From Lingula anatina (lineage: Eukaryota; Animalia; Brachiopoda), in contig CM120649.1 of NCBI GenBank assembly GCA_051362555.1, forward strand, positions 12,400,001-12,464,000: a stretch of 64,000 bases of DNA. Reading direction: 5' to 3'. A program made the translations under genes and the position numbers. This document shows, piece by piece, positions 38,212 to 52,191 of the stretch (within the stretch, counting starts at the first letter, position 1; the number at the start of each line of letters is the position of its first letter). The notes below the pieces were generated by a model, which was not told where the DNA came from, ran no database searches, and saw only the letters and a list, made by a program, of their open reading frames with translations.

Positions 38212-41200
38212 ATTTTTAACGTTCCTTGGGTCAGAAACAAGCCAAATAAAAAAGTAACGTGCCCAAAATATCCATAAATTATTTACGTCCCTAATTACCA
38301 TCAAAACAACAACAAAATAAAGCCAACAGCTGGTTGAGTAATTACGCGCAACATATCGTTCTTTATCACGAGTTGCACTCTATTGCTCTTTGCCCATCTG
38401 GGTTTAGTTGAGTCAAACAAAACTGTTTACATACCCTTGGTAGAATAATTGGGTTAATTCCGTTGCAGATCTCAAGGGCACCGTTAACAGCAAAAGAACG
38501 AATTTATTTTCATAAAAAAAAGGAATTTTGTTTTTGATTCGTTTTAAATGTCTTAGATAATACGTCTTGTTGTAAGGTTTAAAAATAAACTTTATCAGCG
38601 GTTGAAATGCATCGAAACTCAAATACGCGCGCAGGAACAGTCCTCCACTATGACCATAGATTGCATTTGGTCTGACTGAAATTAAAAAAAAAAAATCCAA
38701 CCAGGCCGTGAATTTAGATATTATACTGAACCGGGAATGCAAAAAAATAAATAATAATAATAATAATATAAAAAGGGAAAGTACACGGGGCTTTTTCGAT
38801 ATAATTTTTTTTTAATTCTAGGTCTTCCAGTTTATTTCTGAAAAAGTTATATTGTTCGTTTCATCTCAAGCCTGATGTTTTGAGTGAATAATTGTACGAA
38901 CGATGTTAAGCAACTTAAAAGCAAACGAAATAAATAAAAAAAATATGAAAATAATTTACAAGAAAAGTCATTTTCACAAAGTAATGTTAGCTTTATTGAC
39001 ACAATTCATTTGTTTTTTCTTTAATTCAATAACTTGTAATTAAAAAAAGGTTAATTTTTTTTTCATTATCAAATAAATCTTTTGCACTGGTATTTATTTT
39101 AAACAGTGAGTACAACACATGGACGTCTCTTGGATCTGGACATCCTATAATCATTTCATTACCATTTCTTTCGAATATTTTAAAATAAAAATAGTTTCAT
39201 TACTTGTGGTCTTTTTTAACCAAGAACAACATGCAATCAATCTGGAATACAACAGTAATATGAATAGTAACTACTGTTTAAATAATGCAAAACTGAGAAA
39301 TAACTAATCCTGCTCTTACAAAATATAAAGCTTTTTAGAGAATATCTTTTAATATAACTTATCGAAGTAAGAGAAATACAAATCCTTTCAAAAAGTTTTT
39401 CTTTCCATGAGTTCTTCTAAAAAATCGGCCTTCTTAGAAAATTTTCGTAAATCTGCCCTTAATTTGATTAGCAATGCAAAATATATACAGTCATTTCTTA
39501 ATCGTACAATTGTGGTCAGGAAAATAAAACCTATCCATTTATTTGCACCCCCCCCCCTTAACTCAAAAGTAGCCCTACACAATCTAACTAATGACAATAA
39601 ACAAAATATAAACTATAAATATAAACTATAAAGAAGAGAATGATGTCCAAATCATGTTAAGTCGGTATCTTTGCAGTTTGTTAGACACGTAGCCATTGTA
39701 AAATTCACCGGCAGTTTTTACAGAATAAGATCTTTTCGGTTTAAAATGACTCCTCTCCTTATCTTTCACCTCTGCAATATTCCATAAGATATCAAAGGGG
39801 TACATTCAGATTCACACATCTTACTAGCTGGGTGGGTCCAACTGTGCAGGAGATTTTCGCTTTAAGTGCAATCAGTGGAATCAACTTAAACTGCACTTGA
39901 TACTCAATTACCTTCTAGCTGCTCAAGGAGGCATGTCAGGCAATAAAGCTTATACCACTGATTGAACTTTAGCAAGTTGGACTGATCCAGCTAGTATGAT
40001 GTGTGAATCTGAATGCGGTCAAACACAGCCTTTCTTCAGTTCACTTAGGTATAACCCTTATAAAATACGGATTTCATCTGCACGCAACATGGTATAATAA
40101 CATAATATCAGCTAGAGGTGACATTTTGCACACTTCCACGCAAAACAACTGGCAAGATCTCAGATTTTTCATTATACAGTCCACTTTTACCAGTATTATT
40201 ATATAGGCTCTCTGTTTGTCTTGGAGCCAATATGATTCGTTATTGCAGATAATCGTCTCCCATGAAGTGGAAAAAATACCTTTTTAGATGATGGTTTCCA
40301 TTCCTATTTGTGGAAGGACTTGCTATGTTCATACCAAAAACAAAACTTGTGGTCCCTTAGACTAGGATGGCTCAAAATGATCTCAGGTTCCCATTTTTAT
40401 ATCTTACAATTTTCAATCAAACACAGAAGCCAATGATACAGACAACTGCTCAAACAACCTTTGCAGAACTTCGTCTCAAAGTTCAAAGTGGACATACTGC
40501 CACCAGTGTTTGATACTGTATCTCACCACTAGGTAAATAATAATTCAAACATTTTCACACCTTGGCTAAAAATACAGTGTCTTATCTTGGGTATTTTCGT
40601 CCGCTTGATCATGAGTCTTCCTCGAGTAAAATCATGAGCATATGGATACTTCAGGTAAAAATGAATATGCAGCCAATCTAACGACTAGCACCATCAATCA
40701 GATTATGAGCATATGGATACTTGAGGAAAAAAATGAACATGCAGATGCAGTCAATGTGAAGACCCCATTCCCGCAGATTTTAGATTGATCTATCCCTGTG
40801 GGGAGTCTCACTAGATTACTGTCAGCTTAGCCGGCTTAAATGTCTGTCCTGTCTACTAAAAGCTACAAGGGTGTTATTAACTACCGTGCGCGCTCAGCTG
40901 ACTGCAATTTAGCGTGAACCCTCAGGAAGTTAGATCGATCTTGATGGATCGATCTAAATCTAAGGGAATGCAGTCTTGGACTAGCTTCATTACTAAATTT
41001 GTACAATGAGTAAAAAAACTTTTCCACATGTTACTACAACACCAGTAGAAGAAAAAGAAAAAAAAATTAATTTGGGAAAAGTAAATAAAAGCAGTAATGC
41101 CTTCCATCAATACTCAGATTCAGAATTCAGATTTTCCCTACATCTCTTCAAAGTTTTCAACTAGGTTATTCCAAGAGGATCTGAATGGCATCTAATTTTT

Positions 41201-41602
41201 TTTAAATTTAAATAAGGGAACACCCCTCACTTTAATAACCTCCTCCTGTGCTAGCTGAATTTTTGTCATAGCAAGATTGTGAAATAATTCATTCAAACCC
41301 AAATCATTTTTTGCAGCAAAAAACAATTTTCCTATGCCCAAGACTGAAAATAACATCCTTGGACAAAAGATAACAGCATCAGTCCTCTAACTGCTTTGAA
41401 CACAACTCTCAGATCTATTATATATATATACAGGTACGAGTATGCTTTGAGTACAACAAAGATATTTTACTGAAGGTGGAATAAAAATATGTCATAGTGG
41501 TGGTCATTTCTTCCTTCTGTGGGCTGAAATGATGACTCCGGTCAGTAGAAAGAGACTTCTTCTCCTTAAGTTTCTGACCCGTCTGGTAACTATTGGAACA
41601 GC

Positions 41603-44600
41603 CTAGTATCCCTGAGGGGAAAAAAATGAAAACAAAATAAGAATTCTATAAAGAATTTTTTCTGAAGGCACACGATCAGCTTTAGACTTCTTTATGTCAA
41701 AAAAATTAATTTTCCTGGAAATTTCCACTCTTTGTAATTAAATTTACGAACAAAGTGTACCACATACAAAACCATGTTTTTGAGTTCTGAGTTTCTAGCT
41801 GTTTACTGACTTGTAATAAAGAAAGAATCTGGTGAATCTCAGTTAGAAAAAAATTAAAACTATACACCTAGAAAACAAGGGCCGGTTTCATCAAGGCTGG
41901 ATAGGCTATCCTGTGGATAACACTATCTATGGTATAAATCTCTTATTCTCTGGATAGTTATCCTCTGTGTAAATTTGTGTTTCATAAAAGCTGGATAAAG
42001 AGCATGATAGTAATACAATGGATAAAAATTTATCCAATACCATATTTGGAAAAAGACATTCCCATAATGCAGTTGGTTGCTATAAACATTATAAAAGCCA
42101 TGATAGTTGCTAACAAAAAGTGGTCTATACCATATTTGGAAAATAAATAACCCATAATAAACAATATTCTAAGTATATTTCAAGATGGTACATTCATTAA
42201 AATAATGGGGAAAATATCTACAGGATATTTTAGTGTCAGTGTCGATAACACATCACATTGCATTAGTTGTGCCTCATGCAATGTTTACACAGATTACACA
42301 GTTGAAGGGCAAGGTCGTGACATACTTTCTAACAAAATGGCTGATTTGGCACATTTGGCAGATTCTGTCAATAGCAGTGTAGACATTTTTCGTCGATTTA
42401 AAAGGTGTTTTAGTAAAATAAAGATAATTGGTCTCTCAGGGAGATTGCATGGATTTTGTTCGTAGCAGGCGCGATGTCAACTTTGATAAAGTCTGTTATG
42501 TAATCTATTGATTCAGCATCACTTAAATCATCAAAAGCAAACATACATCTTCTAAAATTCTCTTTCTAATCATTCTACGCCTGTGAAATCTCATAGGATT
42601 TACTTCCAAAGCAAACAGGTTCGCCATTTTTGATGATTTAACAGCATGATAGCAGATTTATCCCACCTATTTCGAGCGGACAACTTTATCCTCTGGATAA
42701 GCTGATTTATCCTCTGGATAACGCTATCCACTGTTGATGAAACGCACTATCCTCTGGACAGCTCTATCCAGAGGATAGCGGCCATTTTTAGCCATAGGAT
42801 AGCGCTATCCAGCCTTGATGAAACCGGGCCCAGGTTTATAAATTGTAGTTTTCACTTTGGCTTAGGGTGATAAAAGTGAAAACAGCTAAAACTTCCAGGA
42901 AAATTATCATTTTTTTCTTTTTAGCTCCATTAAGGTGTAACATATAAATATTAGGCCTTAAATTTAACTTAGACTTGAAAATATCTGGGTTTTTAGACCT
43001 AATCTTTATGGAAGATACTGCTGTAAAATAGCAGTACTTACTGTCCAAAGGTGTAAGTCAGGTCTGGCTGGCAAGAAGGTATTTTACAAAATTTTCACCC
43101 CCTTCCCCTATATTTCTCTTTTTGTTTTATCAAAATTTTACAGGGTAATCCACAAATAAACTGTTTTCATTGAGTAGGCATAATTAACTGAAAATTTTGC
43201 TGAAAGTACATGGCTTAAACAAAAGAAAAAAATAATAATACAATAATGTTATGAGCATAAAACTGAAAATCTTTTTAGAAATGACAATCTGAGGAATTCA
43301 TTAAAACTTTTGAGTTTATTTCTAATATGATTTACGTTCAAACAAATAAAAATATTAAAAATGCAGTATCCATATAACAAACACTGCACATAATAAATAC
43401 TTACATAACCACCTTGTTGGCCGTAGCCACCACCTCCACCGTACGAGTCTCCGTATCCCCCACTGCGTCCACCACCATAATTGTCACGTCCGCCACCATA
43501 GTTGTCACGTCCGCCACCATAGCCACCGCCTCCGTAGCTACCACCTCCGTAACCTCCACCTCCTCCGTAGTCATCACGATCACGTCCATAACCACTGCGT
43601 CCCCCTCCGTAACCGCCTCCCCCGCGTCCATAACCACCCCCGTAGCCTCCTCTTCCTCTGCCACTAATAACAAGATGTATGATTAAATAAAACATTTTTC
43701 CACTCATTGTTTTGGTGAGCACGACATGGTACTAGTAACAGTTTTTAAGAGAAATTGAAAGAAAAAAAAATCTCCTTTGAGGAAATTAATCAACCAGTGA
43801 GGTGAAAACATCTACATCTAGTCAGAACCGGAACAAAAACAAGGCAGCAAAGCTGTCAAATGTACAGACAAAGAACAGAAAATAAAGATGCAAATAAGTG
43901 AAAAATTAAATTTTCACAAAAAACTGTTAAATTGCCAGAAAAATTTACCAAACAGACTGCGTTGCCTATTGAAGCTGTATGTTAGACCCATGTTTCTTTC
44001 CTGTAAGTTTGAGAACAGTAAGTGACATGATTTCCCTTAAATGGTCATCATAGGAGCAGTGCCCAAAATAGGGGTTTCTTCAAATTTTGATGCAACATTA
44101 CATAATGTTTAACAGCATAATGACAATCAAATGTTATTAATAAAATATTAGTAACATGGACATTCAGAAAATGTGACAAGCAAAAGTCTTCAAGATCATG
44201 GAACTTTAAAGTCACACCTTGAAAATGCCAATATGTGAAAAATTAAATTTTCACAAAAAACTGTTTAACTGCCAAAAAAAAAAATAAATAAATAAATAAA
44301 TAAAAATACCAAACAGACTGCATTGCCTACTGAAGCTGTATTTTAGTCCCATGTTTCTTTCCTGTAAGTTTGAGAACAGTAAGTGACATGATTTTCCTTA
44401 AATGGTCATCATGGAAGCAGTGCCCAAAATAGGGGTTTCTTCAAATTTTGATGCAATATTACATAATGTTTAACAGCTTAATGACCATCAATTTTTAATT
44501 ATAAAATATTTGTTTCACAGATATTCAGAAAATGTGACTAGCAAAGGTCTTCAGGCCCATGGAACTTCAAAGTCACGCCTTGAAAATGCCAAAATGTAAA

Positions 44601-47444
44601 CAAGACAGCACTGTTCTGAAATGGGTTTATTTCCATTTTTAACACTTTTTTAACATAAAACAAAATAAACATTTTCCTGCCATTTTATATGACCAACTAA
44701 GAAAATTGATGAGATGGGAAAAGTATCAATAGAACAATGTTAAATGTCCAATTTCCTCCATTCTGAGATTCTGAACATAGTGGATGATTGAATCTGACAA
44801 ACTGCAATGATATGAGTTTATTTCCATTTTTGACACTTTATTACACAATACATGATAACAAGTTTACCATGTTTTTTACATAATCAACTAACAATGTTGT
44901 AAAGATGCAGGAAATATCAAACAAACACTTTTAGGCATCTTATTAGTTAAATAATGAGACTGTTAACATGCCTAATAATTGAATCTGAGGAAATGTGAAA
45001 AACAGTATAACTTCTAAAATAATGGCCCGATTATGCTGATTTTCAAACTCAACCTGCGTTTTAGTAAGATTGACCACTCCTGTGAGTATAATTACAATTG
45101 GCCAATCCGTTTTTCTTATATTGTGTTATCAGTGTTGTATTTAGATTGAAAATAGTGAAAAAACAGCATAAATTCCCTAAAAATGGCCCAATCATGCTGA
45201 TTTTCGAACTTGACCTGCGTATTATGAATATTCATCAGTTCTGTAAGTTTCAAGTCAAAAGGTAAAATAGTTTTCCACTTATCGTGTTATCGGTGCTGCA
45301 TATATGCTGAAAAAAGTGAAAAAACAGCATAAATTCCCTAAAAGTGACCCGATCATGCTGATTTTCGAACTTGACCTGCGTATTATGAATTTTCATCAGT
45401 TCTGTAAGTTTCAAGTCAAAAGGTAAAATGGTTTTCCACTTATCATGTTATCGGTACTGCATATATGCTGAAAAAAGTGAAAAAACAGCATAAATTCCCT
45501 AAAAGTGACCCGATCATGCTGATTTTCGAACTTGACCTGCGTATCATGAATATTCATCAGTTCTATAAGTTTCAAGTCAAAAGGTAAAATGGTTTTCCAC
45601 TTATCGTGTTATCGGTAAAAGTGCACGGCGACGACGGCGACGACAGACGCAGATGATGGCTATATGTACAGACACATCTGTGTCTGTACATAAAAATTTA
45701 CCAAGCATATTGTCATCTAATGTAAACTGCACTGAGAGACAGGTGGATTGTTGAATATAAGAACCAGTTTTTTTTTTACAGTCAATTTACTAGTAAGTAC
45801 ACAGGGGCATATGAAGGGCGTTTTCTGGATCTTCCTGAAAACTGACAGAATTTTTTAAGTTAACATTGACAGAGGCATCTAATTTTTTTTCTGTCAGAAG
45901 ACAGTCAAAAATGGAGCATGGATCAACAAAGATAATTTGGAAGACTGTCAAAAAATAACTCTAGATCCGCCCCTGGTGCAGAAATAGATGTGAAAAGTTG
46001 TGTAGAATTATATAAACTTCTTACCCTCTGTAGCCACCGCCACCCTCACCACGGTCCCTCCTTTGTTGTGCTTGGGACACCTTTATTGTTCTGCCTTCAA
46101 ATACCTAGAAAAATATCCAAGCTCTTTATACATAAACATGGTTCTCCCTTGTATTAGCAACAAAAATATCAAAAGTCTGAATATTAACAGAAGAAACAAA
46201 AACTGCCAAACTTATTTCAATCACATGCCTATGGACAATATGAGGGTAAAATGTCAAACTGTTGGCTGTTACAGTTTATAATCAGGTTAAAAAAACTTAA
46301 CTCTTAAAACTGGTCTTAAATTTTTGAAACATTTGCAAAGTGCTTCTTAAAAAAAAAAGTAGTCTAATACTTCTTTTTATTTACTATTGAGGATTCATCT
46401 TGAGATCACTTTTCAGACTAAAAAAGTTATTTTGTGAATCAGGCTCCAGTATCATCAAGTGGACTATAATTTTGGACTTAAAATATCCTATTTCTTGATA
46501 TGGTGACAAAGTTATCTTCAATATCGTCTTACCTGTCCATCCATGTCGTCAATAGCTCTCTGGCAAGATTCTGGACTTGCAAATTCAATGAAGCCAAATC
46601 CTTTTGACTTGTCTGTGTCTCTGTCACGAACCACAGCAACTAGAATGAATGGTACAATGACTTAGAACCAGTCTTCAGTCAAACAATGAGTGTAAGAACT
46701 TGTGTAGCAAAAATTACATTTTCCTGGAAATTACAACTATTACCTCACCATGATATAATATATTGAAAACCATAAAAACAGTGTTTTTACTTTTTTTTTT
46801 TTACTTTTTCCATTGCTCATGTAATAGAGATAAAAACTAGTGAATATCATGTCTGAAATTAGAAAATAAGAAGTCTTTAATTTAAAGATTGTGTTTTGTA
46901 AATTTTGCAGTGGTTCTAGTATACCTAAGTCAGTGATAAAGGGATATAATTTTCCCAGACTTTCAGTTTTTTTTTTTTTGTAACATCAAAACTGTAATAT
47001 ACTGTATGCTTTACTCTATATTTCTAATCACAGATTTGTGAAGTACAGCTACACAAGTGATGATAAAGCAAATAATCTTTAAGTGGAACTTGAATGCAAA
47101 AATAATGGCATTCTGCATAAATATCTGAAAAATGTCCCCAAGTCATTTTTTAATGCCTAAATATCCAGTAAAGCTACACATCTTTCCCAAATGAGACCGT
47201 AAATATACATTAATCAGGCCTCAATTAGAATTAAGTTTGTTTGAAGCATACCTTAATTGGATTTCTTGAGGAAAATAACATTTGGTGGAAAAATCCCACA
47301 TAGAAAAACATGCATGCCTATCCCTGGTCAAACCATGCAATACCTACCTGATGATATCGCTCCATATTTTTTGAACTTCTCTTCCAAACTGCTCTCTGTC
47401 GAGTCAAAATTCAAGCTACCCACATAGATCTTGGAAGCCTCCAT
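41603..47444 (-). CDS. CIRBP/RBM3-like glycine-rich RNA-binding protein, copy 1
   Basis: Exons: 47348-47444 MEASKIYVGSLNFDSTESSLEEKFKKYGAISS; 46533-46639 (107 nt, RNP1 KGFGFIEF); 46025-46104 VFEGRTIKVSQA; 43405-43664 RGG/YGG low-complexity tail; 41603-41611 GY*. Non-coding exon 1 ends at 48565. Confidence 0.9.
41879..42830. mobile_element. Internally deleted PIF/Harbinger element in the last intron of CIRBP copy 1
   Basis: TIR GGGCCGGTTTCATCAAGGCTGGATAG..GCTATCC at both ends, with subterminal TATCC/GGATA repeats. A minus-strand remnant (MANLFALE...FDDLSDAE...IDYITDFIKVDIAPATNKIHAISLRDQL) resembles a HARBI1-type transposase N-terminus. Confidence 0.75.
43838..45696 (+). mobile_element. Second copy of the Helentron/HINE-like element, in a CIRBP copy 1 intron
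   Basis: Same 5' end and 3' hairpin as 3227-4904. Internal tandem duplications (~350 bp at 43900-44600; ~170-bp units at 45150-45620). Confidence 0.7.
45802..45975. mobile_element. Short TIR element (CAGGGGC... termini); inverted relative at 36153-36324 nested in the Kolobok-type element
   Basis: CAGGGGCGGATC(C/T)AG terminus and the internal GATCCAT.CTCCATTTTTGAC are shared between the two loci. Confidence 0.6.
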
Positions 47445-48648
47445 CGTGGGCTTTTCTATTTCAAATAAAACAGAGAAAAATTAAAATGAAATTTAAAAAC
47501 AAAGTATTATGATTACACATGTATGAGCACTGCCTGGAGTTTGAAATATTTCACTACACTGGTGGAAATTAAAGATGTTGTTTGAATTGCACTTAGCATA
47601 TTTCTTTTAAAGGTGATGCTTTTAATGGGGATTGTGCACAACATCACAAGTGCCTCATATATATAGACCTGACTGACTCTGGTATAAATAGCCCGTGTCA
47701 AAAAATAACATGCAAGCTGATGAGAATGGGTAAATTAGAAATCTCCAATATTTCATGCCATAGTCAGCATCACTTCATTCATTAATCACAGAAAGGGATT
47801 TTTTATACATATATCATACCCTGACATATACCTAGCTGTTCAAATGAATATTTCTGTTATTTTGAAAAGGGGAAATTTCCAATTAAAAAATACACAATTG
47901 TCTTCTCTGCTCCACAATAGTGTATGAACTGTGCATTTTAATCATTTATGGAGTTCACCCAATCTAAGCACCAATTGGCACATGTGCAACCATCCAATAA
48001 ATATTTATCCTACTTACCATCTTTTTATATCCAACAGCAGTATACTGTAGCTTTTTAGTTTTCTGATATTTACTATAGAGAAAAGTTAATAGCGAGGACT
48101 TAATTTATTTTATTTGGGACGGGAAAGCCAGTACATGATTATTTGAAAATCTGTGCCAAACATACACTCTTACTAATACAAATAATAAAGGAATATAAAA
48201 ATGATCAGTTTTGTTGTCCAAACAGTCCTTTGTCTGTAAAACGTAAGCATGCATGTGTTCTTTCTCGCACCATTCACTGTCATTTTTTTCAGTGCTGCTT
48301 TCAATCAACATTTTGGAAATCAAGCTTCACTAAGCATTTATCTTCATTGAAATGTGTTATTTCTGTAAATGTGAATGGCCATTTTGTGAAAGAACTTTCA
48401 CCCCCGGGACACACGCCGTCGAGACAAAACGCCGGCTTTCTTTAAAACAATACAAGTAAAAACCACTATTGAGCTACCACGGCTAACTAACCAGAATGAG
48501 ACCCGAGTATCAGACCTTACAGTGAATTATTAATTTTATGTTTTTGTCCTTGAAAAGTACTTACATTATCTTAAAAGAATCAACAAAGCACAACAAAGCG
48601 ATCCAAACACACATGGACCGCACACACGCAAAAGTAACAGTTGGTTTA

Positions 48649-48660
48649 GGTAGATGGCGC
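48649..48660. promoter_or_regulatory. Conserved promoter motif GGTAGATGGCGC (copy 1)
   Basis: Identical 12-mer 80-95 nt upstream of the exon-1 donor in copies 1, 2 and 3. Confidence 0.7.
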
Positions 48661-50481
48661 GCTGAAGCTACGCTACGCAACTCTAGAGGTCGGGGTTGAA
48701 CAGCGGGATCCAAGAGAAGCCAATACAAAGGTGCACATACTACACTTTAAACAAGTCATTAAACGAGCTCACTTACATGTAACGCGTGAAATAAATTACC
48801 TTGTATAAGCCGCAATCAAATAAGAGTGTTATAATCATAAGTGCCATTTATTAAAACGCAAGCTATCACAGATCATTTCAAGCCAAGCAGGATCTTTCTC
48901 AAAAGGACAAGTCAAACAAGTTAATGGTTGTACTTAAAATTTTTTTTTTCAAAATTGTCACTTTAAAAGTTCTTGCAGTAAAGATTTATCAAACTTTGTA
49001 TTTAAACTATGAGAAAACAATGAAATGTGTCCATTCGAACATAATAATTACATCTAAAACTACAGACAGTGAATGTACCATTTTGATACAGAGTGCATTG
49101 CACTAAATCATCTCACAATCAAAATGGCACAATTCATATTTCAGTCAACTTCAAGACGTGATGACATGAAATTATTTTGTTGACAAATTAATTAACTGTT
49201 GATTATTTTGTTGACAAATTAATTAACTGTCTCTCAATTCCACTTCATGAAATACACTCATAATATAGATAATCAACAAACTTGAAAGCATTAAAATTAT
49301 CATCATCCATTTATTTATAAAAAGAAGTTCCACAAATACATTTTATGTTGCCACGGTCTCATCTTTGTGAAAAAGGAAAAAAATACCTTTGCAAGTATGG
49401 AAAATATAGCCTCTAGATTAGTGAAATCTTTAATTTTAACTTTTGTTAACTTATAAATGTTGTAGTGTTCAATAAGAATGTTACTGAAAGCTGTGAAATT
49501 CAACACAACTGACAACATGTACAACAAGCCAAAAATAAATAAAACTTCTTCTCAAGGGAGGTCTATGCACAAGGTCTCTCTATACATTCAATGTTAAATT
49601 CTCAAAATAATGGTCCTTTTAAAACTGTTCTTTATCTGCTCTCCAGTTTGTCACATTTACAAGTCACTATGTACAAAACACTATCAATGCCAGCAAAGTG
49701 GAGAAAAACCAGCTGCTGGACTCGAATACACTTTGATCTTTCAGCAACAAAATTTTTGCGCACTGTCACTAGCACTACCTTATACATAATAAAAGGTCAG
49801 TCTTTTAACAATTTAAAGTTGAAGTAGGTGAATCAGAAACTGACTAGTCTGTTAGTTGTGTTCAATAATAATTTTTTTTTCTTTTAAAATGAGTAATAAT
49901 AGACTTGTATAATCAGACTAGATGCATTGCAGGAAGTCGAGGTGTCCTATGGCACGCTTTACATCCAAAATGTGCCTCTAAATGCCGACCTAGGTCTTAA
50001 GTTGCTGCAGTTGGTATATCGCCCACTGTGGTGAAAATACTATCTTCTTGTTGACAACACCTTTAACCGAGGAGTCTGACTAAAACTGTAAAATAGAATT
50101 TTTAATTTTTTTAGTGAACGAGGAGAAAAGAAAATCACAATACATTCCTGTACAAAAAAGTAAACAAACATATCAACAATTGATTTAAAAAATCAAACAT
50201 ACAAGCCACATGAGTGGAAAATAACCTGAAAATAACCTGAAAAACACATAAACATAATGCTGTAGCTAGAACTTATCTTTTCACCCTGTTGCAAAGAAAA
50301 TGGCCTTATAAAGACAAACAAGTAAATAAATTCACGCCCTAACCAAAAGACCTGTACAATGATGTCTGTGTTCCATATTTAGTAAGCCATCAAGTCCGAG
50401 ACACAGTTAATCAAAATTTGTCTGCATTTCCTTTCAGTAACAAGTCGCACTCGTACAAGTAAAGCTTTGTATACTTACAAT

Positions 50482-51889
50482 TTAAAAACCTCCGCTATAT
50501 CCGCCACTACGTCCGCCTCCATATCCACTGTCATTGTAACCACTGTCACCATATCCACCGCCTCCATAGCCACCGCCTCCACTTCCGTAGCCACCACCAC
50601 CACTTCCGTAGCTGCCACCACCGCTTCCATAACTGCCGCCACCCCTTCCATAGCCGCCACTACCATAGCCACTGCCTCCGTAGTTGCCTCCGCCAAATCC
50701 GCCGCCATCACGTCTCCCTCCATAACCACCTCCTCTCCCACCGCGGAAGCCACCGCCTCTGCCCCTGAAATTATGAAAATACTAATCACATTTCTGTTGT
50801 CAACAAAAAATGTAAACACAGTGACTTGACTATCAAAGCATCCAGTGTAACTATGTAGTCCTTATATGATAATGATACTTCAGAATAAAAAGAACCACCA
50901 AGTGACATATGAAAGTGAGTTTTCTACCAGCACTCACTAATTTAAAAACAAAAATGCTCTTACATCTGGCTTGCTGAGAAGTGCTCAACCAGAGCACTGA
51001 TAATAAATTGCTGGGATAAAGTCTATTCTCAGCGAGCCCAGATGTGCAACCACAATCATTAGTATTAGAAGTAGACTATCTCAACAATGAATAGGATAAA
51101 TTTTATGTTGTAATCTGAAACAAGGATGAAATGACAAACCACCTACCCTCGGTATCCTCCTCCCTCTTTGTTTTGTGCCGGGTTGACCTTTAGCGTTCTT
51201 CCTTCAAAATTCTTAAAAAAGAAGAAAACGAGTAACTAAGTTATTATATATATATATATATATATATATAAAACGCTAATACATTCAATTTTTATGTTTC
51301 TTTGACTTGTGGCCCTGGTGGACTGTGTCCACCTCTTCAACCTGCCTTTATGTATGTATTTTGTACTTTAAAAATGTGGTCCATCAATGTTATACATTTT
51401 GATCAGTGTTGTTACAAGTGGTCAAGCTTGTCCTCTTACCTGACCATCCATTCCTGAAATGGCTTTCTGACAGTCCTCCTGGTTTTCAAACTCAACAAAG
51501 GCGTATCCCCTCGAACGGCCAGTCTCTCGGTCGGTGATCACCTTGGCTGAAATCAAATATGCAAATCACCGAGAATTTAACAGGTTGTTTTCAATTCAAT
51601 CAATAAATAGCAAACTCCTTTCTTTAATCTGTATGCAGCATTTGATAAGCACACTCACAAAGTAAATAAATAAGACTCAATAACAAAACTTATACCAAAA
51701 TAACCAAAAAGTGCTGAACTCTGACACATTCTTTTCCTTATAAGGTTTTCTTTCAACATTAGAGCAAACAATGGGATAATAAATATTACCAGATCTGACA
51801 CAGCCATAGTTTGAGAACTCTTCCTCTAATCTTCTGTCGTCTACATCGTAGCTCAAATTTCCAACATAGACCTTGCTTGAATCTACCAT
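50482..51889 (-). CDS. CIRBP/RBM3-like glycine-rich RNA-binding protein, copy 2
   Basis: Exons: 51790-51889 MVDSSKVYVGNLSY; 51440-51546 (107 nt, DRETGRSRGYAFVEF); 51147-51211 NFEGRTLKVNPA; 50482-50764 G/Y/S-rich tail ending GF*. A 3'UTR intron starts 3 nt after the stop. Non-coding exon 1 ends at 53691. Confidence 0.9.
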
Positions 51890-52115
51890 TTTAACGGTAG
51901 ATGTCAGAAATGGCTGAAAATAACAAAAAACGTCTGTTGAGTTTTTTATGGGTTAAATGCATGTTTTAAGACCTAATAAAAACCTTCATTTCTCAGGTGT
52001 TTTTGCACTTTTCATAATTATCCTCAAATTCTCAATGATAACCTTATTCATTTTTCCCCAATTATTCTGTGAAATTTGACATTATTTTCTACTAGAGTCA
52101 AGGTTTCCAGTCAGT

Positions 52116-52191
<76 letters not shown>

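Noticed and set aside
43401-43686. Ala/Val/Thr/Ser-rich ORFs here and at 50467-50829, 56366-56620 and 63177-63368
   Set aside because: Alternative-frame or antisense shadows of the Gly/Tyr-rich exons.
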